A DNA stretch of 64,000 bases, from positions 4,096,001 to 4,160,000 of the forward strand of contig OZ251539.1 in the NCBI GenBank assembly GCA_965243135.1, read 5' to 3'. Shown piece by piece: positions 60,272 through 64,000 of this stretch; position 1 is the first letter of the stretch; each line of letters opens with the position of its first letter. The translations under genes and the position numbers were made by a program. This DNA comes from Alphaproteobacteria bacterium (GTDB lineage Bacteria; Pseudomonadota; Alphaproteobacteria; MPNO01; UBA830). Under the pieces are notes generated by a model, which was not told where the DNA came from, did not search any database, and saw only the letters and a program-made list of their open reading frames with translations.

Positions 60272-60879
60272 GCTTGCGGCAGGGCGACGCCGACCATGCA
60301 ATCCCGCGTCACGATGCCGGCGAGCCGTTCCTCGGACCAGCCTTCGGTGCCTTCGGGACGCCGCGGCAGGACGAGGTAGCGCATGTCGGCGTTGGAATCG
60401 TGCACGCGCACGGCGACATCGTCCGGAATTTCCGTACCGAACTCCTTCAGCACGGCCCGAGGCTCGATCACCGCGCGGCTGCGGTAGCTCTTCGACTTGT
60501 ACCAGTCCGGCGGCAGGCCGAGTATCGTGCGGGGGTAACAGGAGCACAACGTGCAGACGATCACGTTGTGCACGTCGGGCGCGTTCTCGACGACGACCAG
60601 TTCCGCGTCGCCCATCGCGAACCCCAATTCCTCCACCGCTTTCGTTCCGTTTTCCAGAAGCCGCTTTCTGAACTCCCGGTCGACCCAGGCGCGAGCCACG
60701 ATGCGGGCGCCGTCGGCGGGGTCGCGGCTGTCGAGAAACTCAAGGTTGCGGCGGACGTCTTCGGCGTCGACGACTCCCTTCTCGACCAGCAGTTCCTTCA
60801 TGGCCTCCGCCATCAATTCGTAATGGCCCGTCTCGTCGACGTCCGGCGTCGTGCCGGCGTGCGCGCCGTGATCGTGCAT
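60268..60879 (-). CDS. nthA: Co-type nitrile hydratase alpha / thiocyanate hydrolase gamma-like subunit
   Basis: Metal motif VCTLCSCY and LGLPPDWYKS..YRSRAV.EPR. Confidence 0.9.
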   Translation of the reverse strand: MHDHGAHAGTTPDVDETGHYELMAEAMKELLVEKGVVDAEDVRRNLEFLDSRDPADGARIVARAWVDREFRKRLLENGTKAVEELGFAMGDAELVVVENAPDVHNVIVCTLCSCYPRTILGLPPDWYKSKSYRSRAVIEPRAVLKEFGTEIPDDVAVRVHDSNADMRYLVLPRRPEGTEGWSEERLAGIVTRDCMVGVALPQA

Positions 60880-60883
60880 TTTC

Positions 60884-61171
60884 CTACTCCTCAAGCCGTT
60901 CGAGCCAGTGGTCGTAGATTTCGAGATCCAGGGTGTCCCCGGGCGGACCGTCGTACGAGTCCCAAAGCTCGGTCTGCCGTAACCGCACCCGGTAGAGTTC
61001 GCGCCTTGGGAGGCCGTCGAAGCCGTAGGCGAGTTCCTCCGGATTGCGGAACGCGCCGCAATATCGTTCGATGACGCCCGTCTTGCCGCGAGCGTAGAAC
61101 GGCGTGCGCCGGTGTCCGGGCGGGTGGGCGTTCCTGATGCGCACGCGGTCTCCGACTTCGAACAAGGGCAT
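60884..61171 (-). CDS. Nitrile hydratase beta C-terminal SH3-like / ScnA-like subunit
   Basis: FEVGDRV, GHRRTPFYARGKTG and LEIYDHWLE. Confidence 0.85.
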   Translation of the reverse strand: MPLFEVGDRVRIRNAHPPGHRRTPFYARGKTGVIERYCGAFRNPEELAYGFDGLPRRELYRVRLRQTELWDSYDGPPGDTLDLEIYDHWLERLEE

Positions 61172-61173
61172 CG

Positions 61174-61476
61174 TCAGGCCTCCAGCCTCGCGCGGATCGC
61201 GCGCATGCGCTCCTCGACTTCCGCGCGGGTCATCAACCCCTTTTCCTCAAGCAGGTTGACCATCGCTTCGGACCAGCGCTCGAAATAGTCCTGCGCGTAG
61301 ACGTCCGGCGGCAGGTCCTCCAAGGCGCGGCGCAGCTCGTCGATCCGCATGGTGTCGCGCTCGCGCATGGCCGCCGCCAACGCCGTGATCGTCTTCGCCC
61401 AGGGTTCCGCCGCATGGCTGCCGATTTCGAGCGGGCCGGCCTCCATGCCGCCCATGTCGTGCTGACGCTGGCTCAT
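61174..61476 (-). CDS. Nitrile hydratase beta N-terminal / ScnB-like subunit
   Basis: HDMGG, DELRRALE and YFERW..LLEEKG. Confidence 0.85.
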   Translation of the reverse strand: MSQRQHDMGGMEAGPLEIGSHAAEPWAKTITALAAAMRERDTMRIDELRRALEDLPPDVYAQDYFERWSEAMVNLLEEKGLMTRAEVEERMRAIRARLEA

Positions 61477-61831
61477 GTTCTCTCCTTCACTCGGCAATTC
61501 TGCGACTTTCGCCCGGAGAGTTCAACCGCCGCGTTCCCGCGCGGCAGGCCGGCCTGCGCCACTTCGAGCGCGTCCTTTCGCGCCAGCGCGTCGCGCACCG
61601 CCCGCGCTCGAAGCACCCCGGCGCGCGGTAGCGCGCCCGGCCGAGGTTTTCCCGCGCCCGCCGCGCGAAGGGATGTCGGTCCCGCGTCGCCCGGCGCCGA
61701 CCGCAACGCGACGGATGGCCTCGCCCGCGGCTCGCTTTCCGGCCCCGGTGTTCGCCGCCGATGCCGTTCGCTCTTTTCACGGCTCTCTCCCGGCGTTATC
61801 TGTAGCGGCCATCGTAATCGAGGAGCTGCCA

Positions 61832-63235
61832 ATGCGCGACCAATCGCTGCGAGGCCACATCGCAAACCTCGAACAGCAAGGCGAAACGATCCGCATCGCG
61901 AAGCGGACGAACCCGCGCGAGAACGTCTCCGCCATCGGATGGAAGGCCTACGACCGGCTCGGGAAGTCCACGCTGTTCACCGATCTGGAAGGCTTTCCGG
62001 GCTGGCGCGTGGCGAGTCAGATCGTCGCCGACCGGCGCAAGTGGTCGATCGCGCTCGGGCTTGCGGAAGACGAACTGATTTCCGCGCTTGCGGAGCGCAT
62101 CAAGCGGCGGGTGGCGCCCGTCGGGATCGACCGGCGCTCGGCTCCCGTGAAGGAGACGGTTCTGCGCGGCGCCGACGCCGACCTTACGCGCCTTCCGGCG
62201 CTGTGGCATGCGGAAGACGATCCGGGGCCGTACATCGCGTCGGGCATCGCAATCATCAAGGATCCCGAGACCGGCATTCGCAACATGTCCATCCACCGGC
62301 AGCAGGTCATGGGGCCGGATTCGACGGGTTTCCTGATCTGTCCCCGACACGCGCTTCGCATCTACCAGAAATACCAGGAGCGGGACGAGGCGATGCCGGT
62401 CGCGATGGTGATCGGCGCCCATCCGGCGCTCTACTACGCCGCGGCCTTCACCTCGTCCTACGGTCTCGACGAACTCGAAATCGCCGGCTCCCTGCTCGAC
62501 GATCCCGTCCGCCTAGTCAAATGCGAAACCATCGACCTCGAGGTGCCGGCGGAAGCGGAGATCGTCCTCGAAGGCGAGGTGCCGCCGCGCAGCAAGGTCG
62601 AGGAAGGGCCGTTCGGCGAGGCCACGGGCACCTACGCGATGGAGGGATCCACGGAGGTCTTCCGGGTCAAGGCGATCACGCATCGCCGCGACCCGATATT
62701 CTACGCAATGCAATGCGGCGCGCCCATGACGGACACGCAGTCGATCACCGCCACCTGCATCGAGACCGTGATCACCGACCATCTCCGGAACGTGGAAGGC
62801 GGCCTCGACCTGCTCGATCTGCGCTGCCTCGGGATCTCGGGCCTTATGGCCGTCGTCCTCAAGTTGCGGCCGCGCGTCGAAGGCCAGGCCAAGACGGCGG
62901 CGATGGCCGCCCTGTCGAGTCCGTACCTCCACCCAAAGGTCGCGATCGCGGTGGACGACGACATCGACGCGGCCGATCTGCGTCAGGTGTTCTGGTCCCT
63001 GACCACCCGGGTCGACGCCGGCCGCGACGTTATCAAGGTGCCCAATACGCGGATCTGGTCGCTCGACAACGTATCCGACATCGTTCCGGGCATGAGCCCG
63101 ATGTACCGGATCGGAACCAAGTTGATCATCGACGCCACGAAGCCGGCGGTTACCCAGACGGACGAACGGGCGCGGTTCGACCCGGCGATGCCGTTCGGCC
63201 ACGACCGGGTGAAGTTCGAAGACTTTCTGTCCTGA
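61832..63235 (+). CDS. UbiD-family (prFMN-dependent) decarboxylase
   Basis: HAEDDPGPY, NMSIHR, EIVLEG, EEGPFGE, VDDDID and IDATKP. Confidence 0.9.
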   Translation: MRDQSLRGHIANLEQQGETIRIAKRTNPRENVSAIGWKAYDRLGKSTLFTDLEGFPGWRVASQIVADRRKWSIALGLAEDELISALAERIKRRVAPVGIDRRSAPVKETVLRGADADLTRLPALWHAEDDPGPYIASGIAIIKDPETGIRNMSIHRQQVMGPDSTGFLICPRHALRIYQKYQERDEAMPVAMVIGAHPALYYAAAFTSSYGLDELEIAGSLLDDPVRLVKCETIDLEVPAEAEIVLEGEVPPRSKVEEGPFGEATGTYAMEGSTEVFRVKAITHRRDPIFYAMQCGAPMTDTQSITATCIETVITDHLRNVEGGLDLLDLRCLGISGLMAVVLKLRPRVEGQAKTAAMAALSSPYLHPKVAIAVDDDIDAADLRQVFWSLTTRVDAGRDVIKVPNTRIWSLDNVSDIVPGMSPMYRIGTKLIIDATKPAVTQTDERARFDPAMPFGHDRVKFEDFLS

Positions 63236-63284
63236 AGGCCCGGACGGCGGAGCTGGCGGTCCGCGCGGAACGCGGAGGAAGCGA

Positions 63285-64000
63285 TCACGCCTCGGGCGCG
63301 TCGTGCAGGATTTGTTGCCAGACGGCGACCTCGTCGATCAGGATCCATTCGGCGACGATCCTGCCGCCGACCGCATGCGCGTGATTGATTCCGAAGAAGC
63401 GCGCCGTCTTTCCCGTCGGTTCGCCGAAAGCGCCGCGGCCGCCGTGGGTCGCCGCGACCGACCAGCGCATCGCGATGCGGACGGGGCGGTCCGCGTCGCG
63501 GCGGGCGATCAGGTGATCGACGGCGAATTCCGCATCCGGAAAAGCCGCGAGATAGCCAAGAAAGAAACGGTCCATGCCTGCATGCCCGACGGCCGACTCG
63601 CCGCCGGGCAGCGCCAAAGCGGCCGCCTCGTGATAGGTCTCGGCGACGGCCGAAAGCCTTTTTTCGTTCCAGGCATCGCGCCAGCAATTTGCGTAGGCAA
63701 CCGCGCATTCGTCCGCGCGTTCGCTCGCGCCGCCGCGCCATTGTCCGGGTCCGGCGGTTTGCGGACACGGTCCCAGCCGCGCCGCGAGATCGCGCGGGCG
63801 AAGGCCGATCCGGCGCGCCGCCGCGGCGCGGTCACGGACCATCCATTCCATGTGGATCCGGTTTTCGCGCACCGCGCAGTCGGCGATGGTCCTCGCCCTG
63901 ACCGGCTTGCCGGTCGCGGGGCCGAACAGGCCGTCGCCATCGTGATGCATCGTCGACAATATGCGGTGCGACGAATAGTAGCCTGCATCGTCGCCGCCCG
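63285..64000 (-). CDS. SnoaL-like/ester cyclase (NTF2-like) protein, 5' end outside the window
   Basis: Tandem SnoaL-like domains (FGPATGKPV; HGGRGAFGEPTGK); the frame is open to the window edge. Confidence 0.75.
   Translation of the reverse strand, partial: GGDDAGYYSSHRILSTMHHDGDGLFGPATGKPVRARTIADCAVRENRIHMEWMVRDRAAAARRIGLRPRDLAARLGPCPQTAGPGQWRGGASERADECAVAYANCWRDAWNEKRLSAVAETYHEAAALALPGGESAVGHAGMDRFFLGYLAAFPDAEFAVDHLIARRDADRPVRIAMRWSVAATHGGRGAFGEPTGKTARFFGINHAHAVGGRIVAEWILIDEVAVWQQILHDAPEA

Noticed and set aside
29-63988. Many long overlapping or antisense ORFs (e.g. 32522..35488, 19794..22178, 2956..4953, 43136..45229, 50609..52873)
   Set aside because: Shadow frames of real genes in high-GC DNA; Arg/Gly/Pro-rich with no recognisable motifs.

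Overview
High-GC alphaproteobacterial chromosome segment (Rhodospirillales-like, inferred from the aroA-cmk-rpsA-sppA-ihfB-lapA-pyrF-trpFBA-accD-folC and argD-argF-hslO gene order). Core blocks alternate with accessory and decaying DNA. Main points: (1) an 861-nt ORF-less group II intron (23187-24047, minus strand) splits an AAA-ATPase/PD-(D/E)XK gene in its GYLT motif, with a perfect EBS1/IBS1 match but an apparently damaged domain V; (2) a six-gene catabolic cluster I cannot assign to a known pathway (DctP, hydantoinase/oxoprolinase A and B, PreA-like flavo-FeS enzyme, CADD/PqqC-like diiron oxidase, FAH-family hydrolase); (3) an M.PaeR7I-like methyltransferase whose endonuclease survives only as a ~42-codon stump; (4) a decayed defence island (SNF2 helicase relic, intact AAA_21 ATPase, DUF4276 relic, transposase relic); (5) a RES-Xre toxin-antitoxin pair with a palindromic operator; (6) a lone RNA ligase next to a phage gene fragment; (7) a solitary CRISPR-repeat-like hairpin; (8) a split-beta Co-type nitrile/thiocyanate hydrolase cluster. 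No rRNA, tRNA or CRISPR array was seen. Family calls rest on motifs and remembered family sequences, not database searches.
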